Positions 1 to 11,729 of a stretch of 64,000 nucleotides of DNA are shown here, piece after piece. The notes under the pieces are model-generated. The model had not been told where the DNA came from and did not search any database. It saw only the letters and a list, made by a program, of their open reading frames with translations. This stretch comes from Chiloscyllium plagiosum (Eukaryota), in the NCBI RefSeq assembly GCF_004010195.1, contig NC_057719.1:43165789-43229788 (forward strand), in the 5' to 3' direction. The position numbers were made by a program, and so were the translations under genes. Numbering within the stretch: the stretch's first letter is position 1; each line of letters begins with the position of its first letter.

Positions 1-555
1 ACCACTGAATCCCCTACCAGCAACATCCTGGGGATTGCCATTGACCTGAAATTGAACTGTACTCGCCATATAAATACAGTGGCTACAAGGGCTAGGAGTA
101 CCACAGTGCGTAACTCACCTCCTGACTCCCTGTTCACTAGCTGCAAGGCACAAGTTAGGAGTGAAACAAAGCTTGCTTGGATGCGTGCCACTCCAACAAC
201 ATTCAAGAAGCTTGACATCATTCAGGACAACGAGGTAAAAACCCACCGACTCCCACAGCTACCTGGATTACAGCTCTTCCCACCCTACCTCTTGCAAAAA
301 TGCCATCCCGTATTCCCAATTCCTCCGCCTCCGCCGTATCTGCTCCCAGAAGGAGCGGTTCCACCATAGAACACACCAGATGGCCTCCTTCTTTAGAGAC
401 CGCAATTTCCCTTCCCACGTGGTTAAAGATGCCCTCCAACGCATCTCATCCACATCCCGCAATTCCGCCCTCAGACTCAACCCCTCCAACCGCAACAAGG
501 ACAGAACCCCCCTGCTCCTCACCTTCCACCCTACCAACCTCCGCATAAACCAAAT

Positions 556-1083
556 NNNNNNNNNNNNNNNNNNNNNNNNNNNNNNNNNNNNNNNNNNNNN
601 NNNNNNNNNNNNNNNNNNNNNNNNNNNNNNNNNNNNNNNNNNNNNNNNNNNNNNNNNNNNNNNNNNNNNNNNNNNNNNNNNNNNNNNNNNNNNNNNNNNN
701 NNNNNNNNNNNNNNNNNNNNNNNNNNNNNNNNNNNNNNNNNNNNNNNNNNNNNNNNNNNNNNNNNNNNNNNNNNNNNNNNNNNNNNNNNNNNNNNNNNNN
801 NNNNNNNNNNNNNNNNNNNNNNNNNNNNNNNNNNNNNNNNNNNNNNNNNNNNNNNNNNNNNNNNNNNNNNNNNNNNNNNNNNNNNNNNNNNNNNNNNNNN
901 NNNNNNNNNNNNNNNNNNNNNNNNNNNNNNNNNNNNNNNNNNNNNNNNNNNNNNNNNNNNNNNNNNNNNNNNNNNNNNNNNNNNNNNNNNNNNNNNNNNN
1001 NNNNNNNNNNNNNNNNNNNNNNNNNNNNNNNNNNNNNNNNNNNNNNNNNNNNNNNNNNNNNNNNNNNNNNNNNNNNNNNNNNN
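556..1083. other. Assembly gap (run of N)
   Basis: 528 N bases. Confidence 1.
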
Positions 1084-1180
1084 TTAGTGGTGCTGGAAGA
1101 GCACAGCAATTCAGGCTACTCTCTCCCCACCCCCACCCTCCTCTAGCTTATCTCTCCAAGCTTCAGGCTCTCTGCCTTTA

Positions 1181-1214
1181 TTCCTGATGAAGGGCTTTTG
1201 CCCGAAACGTCGAT
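1181..1214 (+). ncRNA. Minimal type I hammerhead ribozyme motif in PLE terminal repeat
   Basis: CTGATGA-a-GGGC tttt GCCC-GAAA-cgTC: intact catalytic core, 4-bp stem II, palindromic (ACGT) stem III, weak stem I. Confidence 0.7.
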
Positions 1215-2295
1215 TTTGCCTGTCCTCGGATGCTGCCTGAATTGCTGTGCTCTTCCAGCACCACTGATCCAGAATCATTCAGGACAAAGCAGCCCGCTTG
1301 ATTGGCACCACGGCCACAAACATCCACTCCCTCCATCACTGATGTTCAGTCACAATGTGTACTATCCACAAGGTGCACTGCAGAAATTCACCAAAGAACC
1401 TTCTAAACCCATGACGACTTCCCTTTAGAAGGACAAGAGCATCAGATTCATAGGAACACCACCATCTGCAAGGTTCCCTCCAAGCCACTGACCATCCCGC
1501 TTTGGAAATATATCGCCATTCTTTCAGTGTCGCTATGTAAAAATTCTAGAATTCTCTCCCTAACAACATTGTAGGTCTACCAATGGCATGTAGACTGCAG
1601 CAGTTCAAGGAGGCAGCTCACCACCACTTTCTCAAGGGCAATTAGGGAGAGCATTATACACTAGCCAGCCAGCGATGCCCATATCCCATGAGAAAATTAA
1701 AACAAATCTAAGCAATATTTTTGCAACAGTATATGGTAGGAAACACCTGAAAAACTGAATCAGATGTTTAGTTTCTGAAATGAGGGTCAGTGGCTGCAGT
1801 TCTAAGGCTGTGAGGAATGAATATCGAATTGTTCTTTATTTTTAAAACTCAATGTACAGGCCACATGTTGGACTTCTCTGATTTCTATGTCAACTAAAGA
1901 GCCTTAGTGATCACTGAAAGCAACCTTGTAAAAGGAATTTTGACCAACCAAAGATGTCAACAGTGAATTTAGTTTCCTTGTTCTTCTTTTCAAATATTAG
2001 AGAATCATTTTAAGTCACTATAAATGATTCTCACTGAATTAATCAAACAGCTGTAATGAAGGGTTGGTTCTATGTGAAAACTATATTGGGAGTAATGTTT
2101 CTTCTCATTTCCTCTTGCTATGTAACTCCATTGTGCTGTGCAATCCCTTTAAGATTGCTCTGTAACTTGGAATGTGCACATCTTGTACTAAACACCCTAA
2201 CCCTGTAAAGTACACTTCTAATTGCTGCCTGGCGGCACATCCACGTAGCTTAGAAGACATATTTGACAGAAGCTTTGAATTTTATTTAATATTAT

Positions 2296-2650
2296 AGAGT
2301 CATAGAAATAAACAGCACAGAAACAGATCCTTTAGTCCAATTCATCCATGCTGACCAGATATCCTAAGTAAATCTAGTCCCATTTGCCAGCAATTGGCCA
2401 TATCCTTCTAACCCTTCCTATTCATATACCCATTCGGATGCCTTTTAAATGCTATAATTGTATTAGCCTCCACCACCTCCTCTGGCAGTTCATTCCATAC
2501 ACGCACCAGTCTCTGCGTGAAAAAGCAGCCCCTTAGGTCCCTTTTAATCTTTTCCTCTCTCAGCTTAAACCTATGCCCTCTAGTTTGAATAGCGCAGCCA
2601 TGGGAAAAGACTTTGACTATTCACCCTACCCATGTTCATGATTTTATAAA
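2296..2650 (-). mobile_element. CR1 (HER1-like) LINE 3' fragment
   Basis: Matches the reverse complement of the CR1 3' end at 27250-27594; (ctatgact) tail. Confidence 0.85.
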
Positions 2651-2659
2651 CATAGGATC

Positions 2660-3570
2660 TGGGTATTACTGATTGGGCCAAAATTTATTGCCCATTCCTA
2701 GTTACTCTTGCTATAGGTAGACCCACAATGCCTTTAGAGAGGGAATTCCAAGATTTTGGAAGGAATGGCAATTTATTTCTGAGGCAGCATGGTGAGAGAC
2801 TTGGAGGCAAACTTGCAGGGATGGTGTTCACATATTTCTGCTGCCTTTATCCTTCTTGATGGTAGTGGTTGTGGACTTGGAAGGTGCTGTCTAAGAAACC
2901 TTGGAGAAATTATGCAGTGAACCTTGTAAATGGCACAGACAATGAGAATATGAAAGAAACCCAGCGCATCTGGCAGCATCTGCAGAGAGAGAAACAGAGT
3001 TAATATTTCTAGTCCAGAATGAAAGTGTGAAAGAAAGTATCATACCAGACTCAAAACATTAACTCTGTTTCTCTCTCCACAGATGCTGCCAGATCTGTCG
3101 AGTTTCTCCAAAATTCTCTTTTTGTTCCAGATTTCTAGCATTTGCAGTAGTTTGTTTTTAAAGTAGCAAATGCTGCTTCTACTGAGCTATGTTGGTGAAA
3201 GGAGTGAATGTTTGTGGATGTGGTGCCAATCAAGCAAGCTGCTTTGTCCTGAATAGTGTCAAGTTTGATTGTTTTTGGAGCTATAGTCATCCAGGCAAGT
3301 GGGGAGTATTCCATCACACTTTGGACTTGTACTTTGTAGGTGGTGGATGGGTTTTGGAGTGACAGGAGGTGAGTTACCTGCTGCAGGATTTCTAGCCACT
3401 GACCTGCTCCTGTAGGTACAGTACTTAGCCCAGTTCAGTTTTTTGGTCAATGGTAATCTCCAGGATATTGATAGTGGAGTTTTTGGTGATGGTGTTGCCA
3501 TTGAATGTCAAGGGTGGATGGTAAATTGTGTCGCTTTGCAGATGGCAATTGCCTGGTACTTACATGGCAC
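2660..3570 (-). mobile_element. CR1/L2-group LINE 3' fragment with a PLE-derived fold-back insertion (about 2940-3160)
   Basis: ORF 3135-3317 (MEYSPLAWM..KLDTIQDKAACLIG). Internal inverted repeat tctggcagcatctgcagagagagaaacagagttaat / attaactctgtttctctctccacagatgctgccaga. Confidence 0.8.
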
Positions 3571-3824
3571 AGACTATCACTCACCATCTTTTATCCACAG
3601 TTCTTAATCAGGAAAACGATCACAGCAATTCAGGTGATGACCAACACATGCACTAACTAGCGGAGGCAACAATTATGAAATTGCAAAATACAAACAATGT
3701 GCTGAAACTAATAGCTATAATGTTAGTTCAACAATGTAGAATGATGTATATTTTTAAATATATCTGTTTTCCTTTTAAGTTTACTCAGTGATCCCGACAC
3801 AAACTACGCTCGAAACTGGTATTT

Positions 3825-6372
3825 TTTTAGACCGGTTTACTGTTCACGTTTATTTGCCTATTTACCAAAATTAAAAGTTTCCAAAAACCATATTAGGATG
3901 TAGCATTTTTAAAAGTGTTAAAAAATGTTCTTGATATATTAAGGTACAGTTTTTTCTCATGCAACTAAAAATAGATCATCACAAAAATAATCACTATTTT
4001 CTGAACACTACCTAACTAGATGGAACCATTACTAGTTTCAAATAATATAGTCAGTCTGCCAGTAAATTAAGAAAACTATTTTAAAAGCTTTTAAAAGCTG
4101 CCTATCAGTGCACTTAAGTCTTTAAAAAAGAGCTTAATTTTAAGAGCCTCAGAAGGCCCACAAACATGTTCAATAAGTGGAAATTCACCGTGGTGATTAA
4201 TTCAATCAGGGACATGGTCAGTTTATGGACAAGACTGGTTTCCAGTGCAATATTTTAGACAAATGCATAAACCTGCACAAACTCCTTATGAGGACTTGTG
4301 CTGGTTTGGTCAATATTCAGCACTGGAGACATCACTGTAATCCAGTGGAAATGCTACTGTTTTAAATACACACGTATACCCTTTACTATGTGAGAGACTG
4401 CGATTAAAAGAAATTTTTTGAGAGATTTATAGTCAGCCATTAATCTACCATCTGCTTTTAAAAAAGCATTTAAAACATAAGCTTTCAGCAGAGGAAATAT
4501 TACACGCAATTTAAGATTTCTCCAGCTATTTTAAAACGGAAATAAAATCCTGCCATTTAAAGGCTTTTATTCCTTAATTTGTAAACATATTTCTATGTCA
4601 GCGACAATATTTTGTACAATTTCCCCAAAGCAAGGTAGACATTTTCAGCATGATTCTTTTTGCCCAATGCTATAACCATACACTACCATTTCAGATTACG
4701 AATTCACTTTTTGCCTAAGATTTTCACTGCAAGGATCTCTCCTGCAACAGAAAACCTAACCCTTTTTAAACTAATTAATTCACATATTATCTATAGATCT
4801 AAAACAGAAAATTTACTACTATAGTGTTCTCCAGCAATCATTTGATATGTTTTGCCAACTTGCACATTATAGTTTTATTAATAAGTTCAAGGAAGGTTGC
4901 ATTGCCTTTTCTTCAGTGATAATAGACAAATCATCTTAAGTGAAAATTGCATAAAGGATTAATTTTATATTTGAATTCAGTTCCCAGATCAATAGTCTTA
5001 ATAATAATGTATATTTTGGGGAAATGCATATTTAGATTTTCAACAAATCCCATGCTAATAATCTCACCAGTCAAGTCGCAGAATGTTAATACGTTCATTA
5101 CACATACATTTAGTTTACTATAGTAATATACAACTATTGGATTAGAAACCTGGGGGTACAACGTGAATCCAGGCTGTTAGGTGTAAGTTTACCAAATCTC
5201 TGATTTATTTAATTGCACCACTTCAGCACTGAAGCTACATTGCTTACTGTAATGTCAGCACTTAAATACTTGGTAACATGTTGTGTATTTTTTAAAAATT
5301 CTGAACTATTACAGGTGAAATCTTAAAAACTCTCTTCATTATGGTCTGTTACAAATGTTAAAACTTCAACAAAGCAGCTAAATATGCCTTGGCTATAGAC
5401 TTGGATAACAGAAGCTCAGAGCATTTCCATAGAATTTTTATGCATTTTCCAAATTAATGATAAAATAACATTCAGTAACTCTTAACTCCACAGGATAATA
5501 ACTGCACAAATAATTTGATCTGATGCATAGAAATTAGGGAAAAACATTATTTAGAGGATTTCAACTACTCAATCTACTGATACTTACAGGTTACTCCTTA
5601 TTGCCTTTATACACATTTCATAGTATTTAAAATCAATACTGGTGCCTCCACTATAGTGCTACCATGCTTCTTTTAATGATCAATTGTATGTAAATTCCAG
5701 ACAGAACAATTCCTACCCAGATTACTGTATGCCTTCACATACATTGGGTGTATAGTAAACAAAGAAGTCTGTCTGACTGAATCTTTTTAAAGCCTTAACA
5801 GAATTTGCAATATCCTTGCTTGCACTATACTCACTTATTTTAGGTTTCCCCATAATGTTACTGTAAACAAAGTAACAATCTAACAAAGAATCAGATATTT
5901 TTATGATAATTAGGGCAAATGCTACACAATAAGAGCTTACCTTGTTCCAAAGTGCCACAGTGTTTATTTCTAAATCTTTGGAGTTACTCTGATAGTACAT
6001 TTTGAACATATCAAATGAAAGTGAATTAGTCCTCGGTTGGTTTTTTGACCAGTTTTTGTGTGCAAGCTAGAATTCTCACTTGCACAAACTGCCATGCAGC
6101 TGTCTTGCTTTTTTCAGACAGCTGACAAACAGCAACTGCACAAGCACAATGACGCAGAGCACTAAGCTGCCGTGGAAAGGAGTGGAGCTTGAAAGAGTGG
6201 GTGGAGCTTTGAGGCTTGCAGTAGTGTCCATCTCCAGCTTAGTGAACAGTCAGAGGACTGCCCAACAAACAGACAGGGCCCCAACTGTGCTATTTCAGAA
6301 ATTTTTTCAGTGTCTGCCGTGTCCGTTAACAGGAGTTTGTTGAGGCTTTATACGCTGCAATCCACTTAGATA
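3825..6372 (-). other. Predicted terminal exon / 3' UTR of a minus-strand gene
   Basis: Acceptor ttttatttcactaatgttttacag| at 6373-6396. About 2.5 kb AT-rich with no recognisable repeats. AATAAA at 3849-3854 followed by a GU-rich element (gtagtttgtgtc). Confidence 0.65.
6076..6231 (-). CDS. Candidate 51-aa single-pass membrane microprotein
   Basis: First ATG of the terminal exon, strong Kozak (gagATGg). Peptide MDTTASLKAPPTLSSSTPFHGSLVLCVIVLVQLLFVSCLKKARQLHGSLCK*. Confidence 0.35.
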   Translation of the reverse strand: MDTTASLKAPPTLSSSTPFHGSLVLCVIVLVQLLFVSCLKKARQLHGSLCK

Positions 6373-7186
6373 CTGTAAAACATTAGTGAAATAAAAGCGC
6401 CTAAAGCAAAACTATAGAACAATTAAAAACTTATTTCACAACTGGCTCCCTTTTATTTCTGTGATAGTAGAAAACACGAATGCATTTCAAAAGAGTTGCA
6501 CGATGTAGAATCCTTAAAATACTCGTTAAAACGAAAGAGAATTACGAAGAACTAAAGTAAACACTTTTGTTTATCTGTTAAGAACTTCATTTAACAGTCA
6601 ATGCTTTTTATATCGGTGAATGTACTGGGCCAAAGGAGTGGGTATTCAAATTAAACAGGTGACCTGAACAAACATGCATCGTCAGGAATAAGAATGATTA
6701 AACATTAATTACATATTAGTTGAAAAAAATGAATTAAGATTTTCAGAATTGTTGTCATTCCATAAGACCATAAATAGAAACAGAAGTAGGCCATTCTGCC
6801 CCTGAAGGCTGCATCACCATTGAATAAGATTATGACTGATTCCAAGCCGTACACTCAGATGGATATTCTATGTTTAGAATCTATGGGGAAAAATGTTTCT
6901 AAAATGGTACACAAAAATTTATTTATTCTTGTACAATGGGTGCTCCTCAAACCTTTTCTGGAGGACCCCATTTCAATACTTCAGATGTTGAGAGATCCTG
7001 AGAAGAAAATTTGACGGTGAGTGTGTTGTGCAGGTGGGGTATGAAATCTGTTCATCTTTGATTCACTATTCCCATCTCTCACTGTCTCTCGTACTGTCCC
7101 TCTCGCTCTTAGACACATTCTCCAGTCATCGGCAATGTGGGATCAGCAAATGCATCACCAACCAATAACTGAACTTCAGGCTTTCT

Positions 7187-7562
7187 GGGTGGCACAACGG
7201 CTCAGTAGTTATCACAGCACCAAGGACCCATGTTCGATGCCAGCCTTGGGTGACTGTCTATGAGTTTGCACGTTCTCCCTGTGTCTGTATGGGTTTCTGC
7301 CAGAGGCTTCAGTTTCCTTCCACAGTCCAAAGATGTACTGTGCTGTACTGGTCTATGTTCTATGTGCAGGTTGGGTGGAGTGGCCATGCTAAAATGCCTT
7401 GTGGTGTCCAGGGATGGGCAGGCCAGATGGATTAGCCATGGTAAATGTGGGGTTACAGGGACATGATGGCAGATTGGATTTGGGAGAGAAACCTTTTGGA
7501 AGGTCAGTGCAGGCTTGATAGGTGAAATAGTCTTTCTGCACTGTAGGGATTCTATGATTCTA
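7187..7562 (+). mobile_element. HE1-like V-SINE (diverged)
   Basis: tRNA-derived head, V-domain (gagtttgcacgttctccctgtgtctg...cacagtccaaagatgt), CR1-type tail. Confidence 0.85.
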
Positions 7563-7674
7563 GAACAGAGTCACAAACATTTCAATTTGTACAGTACAGT
7601 TTTTCCTGTTCCTTTCCATGCTTTCATTTTCAAGAGTTTATCAATTTCTCTCTCTTATTGCATTCATAGAGTCA

Positions 7675-7992
7675 TAGATTAGATTACTTACAGTGTGGAA
7701 ACAGGTCATTCGGCCCAACAAGTCCACACCGACCCGCCGAAGAGCAACCCACCCAGACCCATTCCCCTACATTTACCCCTTCACCTAACACTACGAGCAA
7801 TTTAGCATGGCCAATTCACCTAACCTGCACATCTTTGGACTGTGGGAGGAAACCGGAGCACCCAGAGGAAACCCACACAGACACGAGGAGAATGTGCAAA
7901 CTCCACACAGACAGTTACATGAGGCGGGAATTGAACCCGGGTCTCTGCTGCTGTGAGGCAGCATTGCTAACCACTGTGCCACCGTGCTGCCC
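7675..7992 (-). mobile_element. HE1 V-SINE inserted into a CR1 tail
   Basis: Full-length SINE with (attag)n tail; splits catagagtcatag/atagagatgtacagc. Confidence 0.9.
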
Positions 7993-7994
7993 CA

Positions 7995-8375
7995 GATAGA
8001 GATGTACAGCATGGAAACAGACCCTTCGGTCCAACCTGTCCATGCCGACCAGATATCCCAACCCAATCTAGTCCCACCTGCCAGCACCCGGCCCATATCC
8101 CTCCAAACCCTTCCTATTCATATACCCATCCAAATGCCTCTTAAATGTTGCAATTGTACCAGCCTGCACCACATCCTCGGGCAGCTCATTCCATACACAC
8201 ACCCTCTGTGTGAAAAAGTTGCCCCTTAGGTCTCTTTTATATCTTTCCCCTCTCACCCTAAACCTGTGCCCTCTAGTTCTGGACTCCCCGACCCCAGGGA
8301 AAAGACTTTGCCTATTTACCCTATCCATGCCCCTCATAACTTTGTAAAACTCTATAAGGTCACCCCTCAGCCTCC
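7995..8375 (-). mobile_element. CR1 LINE 3' fragment
   Basis: ORF 8068-8400 RLRGDLIEFYK...TRGH...FFTQRV..WNELP. Confidence 0.9.
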
Positions 8376-9879
8376 CCCTCCTCAAACTTTTTTTCTCCAC
8401 TGATTATAGCCCCAGTTTTTGCAATTTTATGAAACTTATGGCCCTCCCACCCCGGAACATCCTAATACTTCTATAATCTATCGTTTCCATAGCTCCAACA
8501 TTGTCAAAATAACAGATTTTTAAAACACTTCAGAAGGTGCCAATTGTCAACCATAGTTTGTGACGAATGTCAAATACAGGTCAGATTCAACAGGTCCAAT
8601 TCCTGAAGAGAATTATTGGGTTTTTACAGCAAGTTATAGGAGAGGAGCTCAGTGAGGTGCAAGTTCAATGAGACCAGGCATGTAAACAGTGGCAATATTC
8701 CTTGCCTCAGATGCAATTTCACAGCAGACAGCTTCATGTCTGACAATCAGATTTGGGCTTCTTGATTGGCCATTGCTAGAAAACAGAAGGGCAGTCTGCC
8801 ATACACCATTCCTTATATCGTTACAGTTCAAGTATCAATTCAGCACTGCACCAGAGTTTCATCTGGTCATCATGCTCAGACTCCCAAATAGAATTTATGG
8901 TGACGCCCTATCATATATCAGAGTAGATGTTTGATCAAGTAGTACTTCCAATGTCTCAACAAGTCTCAGTCAGAATCACTGCCATACAAAACCTGCTCAT
9001 TGACTGCGCCATGAACCCATACAGAATAAACAGTAGGTGCAACATTAAGAGCTAGATGATGATAAGGTCAACCCACCAATTATCCCAAGAGTGCTAAGTT
9101 TGTTCAGCAGCCATTAATTAATTAAACTTTCTCTTTAAGTATCATAACATATTATTACATTTCTCCTACGTTTGGACATGATTTTATTCAAGGACATTAG
9201 TCATTCTTGCAGAAAGGACCTCTTTGTGCAGTGCAGCTTCTCAAGATACTGAAGAAGGAAATTAGATCATTGCACTAAGGCCATGAGCAAAAGCTTTATT
9301 CTTCCATATCAAAATAAGTCTGGAGGAAGTGCCATTACTTCCTTTGTAAATGGGAACATGCTGTGCTTTCCTAATGAATCTACTGCTTCTTCTTTGGTTT
9401 TCCTCAGAGGCTAAGACCTGTTCTTAATCTGGTTTAGGAAGCACCAGTAAAACATGGTCAATTTTCCAGCATATAATAGTTGAAGACATTTTAAGAGTGA
9501 ATCTCTTTCAAAATATATTCTTTTAAGAATTATTTATCCAATATAATAGATGTAGAAAACCAGGAGCATAATTATTACATTCCCATCAGTGTTACAGTTT
9601 GATTTAGGTCTGAAATTGCAAGTTGGATAATTCACTTTTACAAAACTCAACTAGAATTAAACCATTATTTGAAGTGCAGAATGTATTTATTCTCATATCC
9701 AAACATTGCAAAATTACAGCAATGCTGAGGTTGCAGAACATCTCAGTCCTATTGCTTTGCTGCAGGAATTCCTCAGGGTGGTGGCCCTATGCCAAACCAT
9801 CTTTTCATCAATTACCTTCCCTCAAATCACGTGGTTGGGTGTGGGATGTTGCTGATTAGTGCAATATTTAATACCATTT

Positions 9880-10225
9880 GCAAATCCTCAGCTCCTGGCA
9901 TTGTCCAAATCTTGCTGCATATGGTCAGGGACTATGTTCAAATGCTTGGGCAGCTCAGTGGCAAGTAATATTCTCACAAGTGTCAGGTGGTCACCATCTC
10001 CAAGAGAGAATCTACCATCTCTCTTGGTATTTAATGATGTAACCATCCCTCAGTCCCCATCTATCAACAACCAGGGAATTACCATTGACCATCCAATAAA
10101 TACTGTGGGTCATAACAGCAGGTTAGGAGCTGGAATTCTGCAGCAGGTAATTCACCTCCTGACTCTTCAAAGCCCAGCCACAAGGCAGAAGGGGAGACCA
10201 GTACAAAATATCCATCCCACTAGTT
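9880..10225 (+). mobile_element. CR1/L2-group LINE internal fragment
   Basis: Similar to 1-216 (atcaacaaccagggaattaccattgacc...cacctcctgactc). Confidence 0.7.
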
Positions 10226-10896
10226 GAAACAAACCAACCTTTCCACCCCCACCACCCCCTCCCTACATTATCCACATATCTCTTTTCCCTTGTCCATTCT
10301 CTGATTGGACCATTAACTGGTGCGACACCCAATTCACCAGGACCTGCCTGTCAGCCAGGCTCCATAGAAGTCACTAACTTACCTTTATATTCAGCTCAGT
10401 CACTGGCTATCCCCTTCTGGTACTGTCTACTGTCCCAACAGTAGCCACTTCTTCAGCTGGTGATGTTTCAACAAGAGAATTAGCTCTCAGGAGGAGCACA
10501 CCCTTCCCAAATGGGAAGATGGAAGTCCAGAAGTCCTCAAGCCATTTAACAGGCTAACTGCCATCATACGGCTGCAAGGTGAATCAACCAAGTAGGGGTT
10601 GGCTTGCTCCGACTTTTATGCTGCCCCTACCCGCCTCCCCCATCTCCAAGTAAAATTCAGATTTAGTCACAAACTTTGAACGAGTGTTTCCTTTTGTATA
10701 GCATAGTAATTTATTGTTACATGGATTTTGAAAATACAGTAAAATATGTACATAAGTTGTCACAATTAATCCGGCGCTACTTTAATAACATCAATTATAA
10801 AAATCGAAATAATGCATACAAGGTTACAACAAATTTCATTTATTTTTTGTTCCGCAGCTGTTAAAAGGTGTCCCTGAGTCCGCATCAGCCCCGACC

Positions 10897-10999
10897 CAGG
10901 GCATCCCCTGGTCCAGCCCAGTCCCAGGGCATCCCCTGGTCCAGCCCAGTCGCAGGGCATCCCCTGGTCCAGCCCAGTCGCAGGGCATCCCCTAGTCCA
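10897..10999. repeat. 28-bp tandem repeat, about 3.7 copies, inside a CpG-rich unclassified repeat (about 10860-11420)
   Basis: cagggcatcccctggtccagcccagtc(c/g) units start at 10897, 10925, 10953 and 10981. Confidence 0.95.
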
Positions 11000-11729
11000 T
11001 CACCAACTGCTGCTATCGCCAGGAGACTATGCCCAACTCTCCAGGACCGCGGCCAATTCTCAACCTCCCAGGAACAACTGACTGTCCAAATGAACTCTCG
11101 AGGATCGAGGGGCCATTGCAGATACCACTGAAACACGAAAGGATAAGAACGGAGCCTGATTCACAGACGCTGCTCAAGCTGTGATCACCGTGGCCACAAA
11201 GGAACAGACTGGATCTGCCGCTCAACAACTTCCTGCAACCTCCCTGCTTCTCCCTCTCTCCATCCCCGCAGCCGCAGAACAAAGACAAGATGAATTCGAT
11301 TCAAAAGTTAAATTAAGAGGTTTTTTTTAAAAAAAAAAGGGATATAGTCAGTAACGTGAGAGACAGCGGGACAGGCCTAGGAGTCCGAACACATCCTGCC
11401 CTGGCACTTCCGCCATCACTTTGTGGATAAGTTTAGAACTAGAAGGTGCTGTTCAAAACTTAGGGGGTCTCCATTTTTTTCCCCTCTGGAAGCTCTACTT
11501 ATATTTATTTGGAAATAAAAATTGATGAATGGAAGTTTGGATTATTTGTTTATTTTACAACCTGAGGGAAAAGTCAAATCTAATGGTGTGCTTTTGCTGG
11601 AACAGGATACTTTTGTAATGGCACCAGTTCTCTTTGGGGGAAGTAAGTAGCTTCACAATAACAGGGTTGGATTGGTTGTCAGTGTCAGTTTGTCACAGCA
11701 CTGAGAGGACAGGGAACAATTGGCAATCA

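Larger units (their letters stand above)
231..1273 (+). mobile_element. Penelope-like element (RT thumb/linker fragment plus terminal repeat)
   Basis: Translation KPTDSHSYLDYSSSHPTSCKNAIPYSQFLRLRRICS...RTPLLLTFHP is a typical PLE RT C-terminus. Flanked by a 14-bp direct repeat atcattcaggacaa (217-230, 1274-1287). Confidence 0.9.
1..1705 (+). mobile_element. 3' part of a decayed CR1/L2-group LINE, interrupted by a Penelope-like insertion
   Basis: Degenerate RT C-terminal motifs (ILGIAIDLKLN..HINTV; KLDIIQDKAARLIG) continue after 1288. The tail ctcaagggcaattaggga...gccagcgatgcccatatcccatga is shared with copies at 2660, 25135, 38930 and 40770. Confidence 0.8.

Noticed and set aside
380..1109. 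Long ORFs of 235 and 192 aa
   Set aside because: Artefacts of translating the N gap.
4200..4300. miR-130/301 precursor on the + strand
   Set aside because: No complementary arm to form a hairpin; treated instead as a target site on the minus transcript.
10897..10999. CRISPR-like array
   Set aside because: Head-to-tail repeats without spacers in a eukaryotic context.
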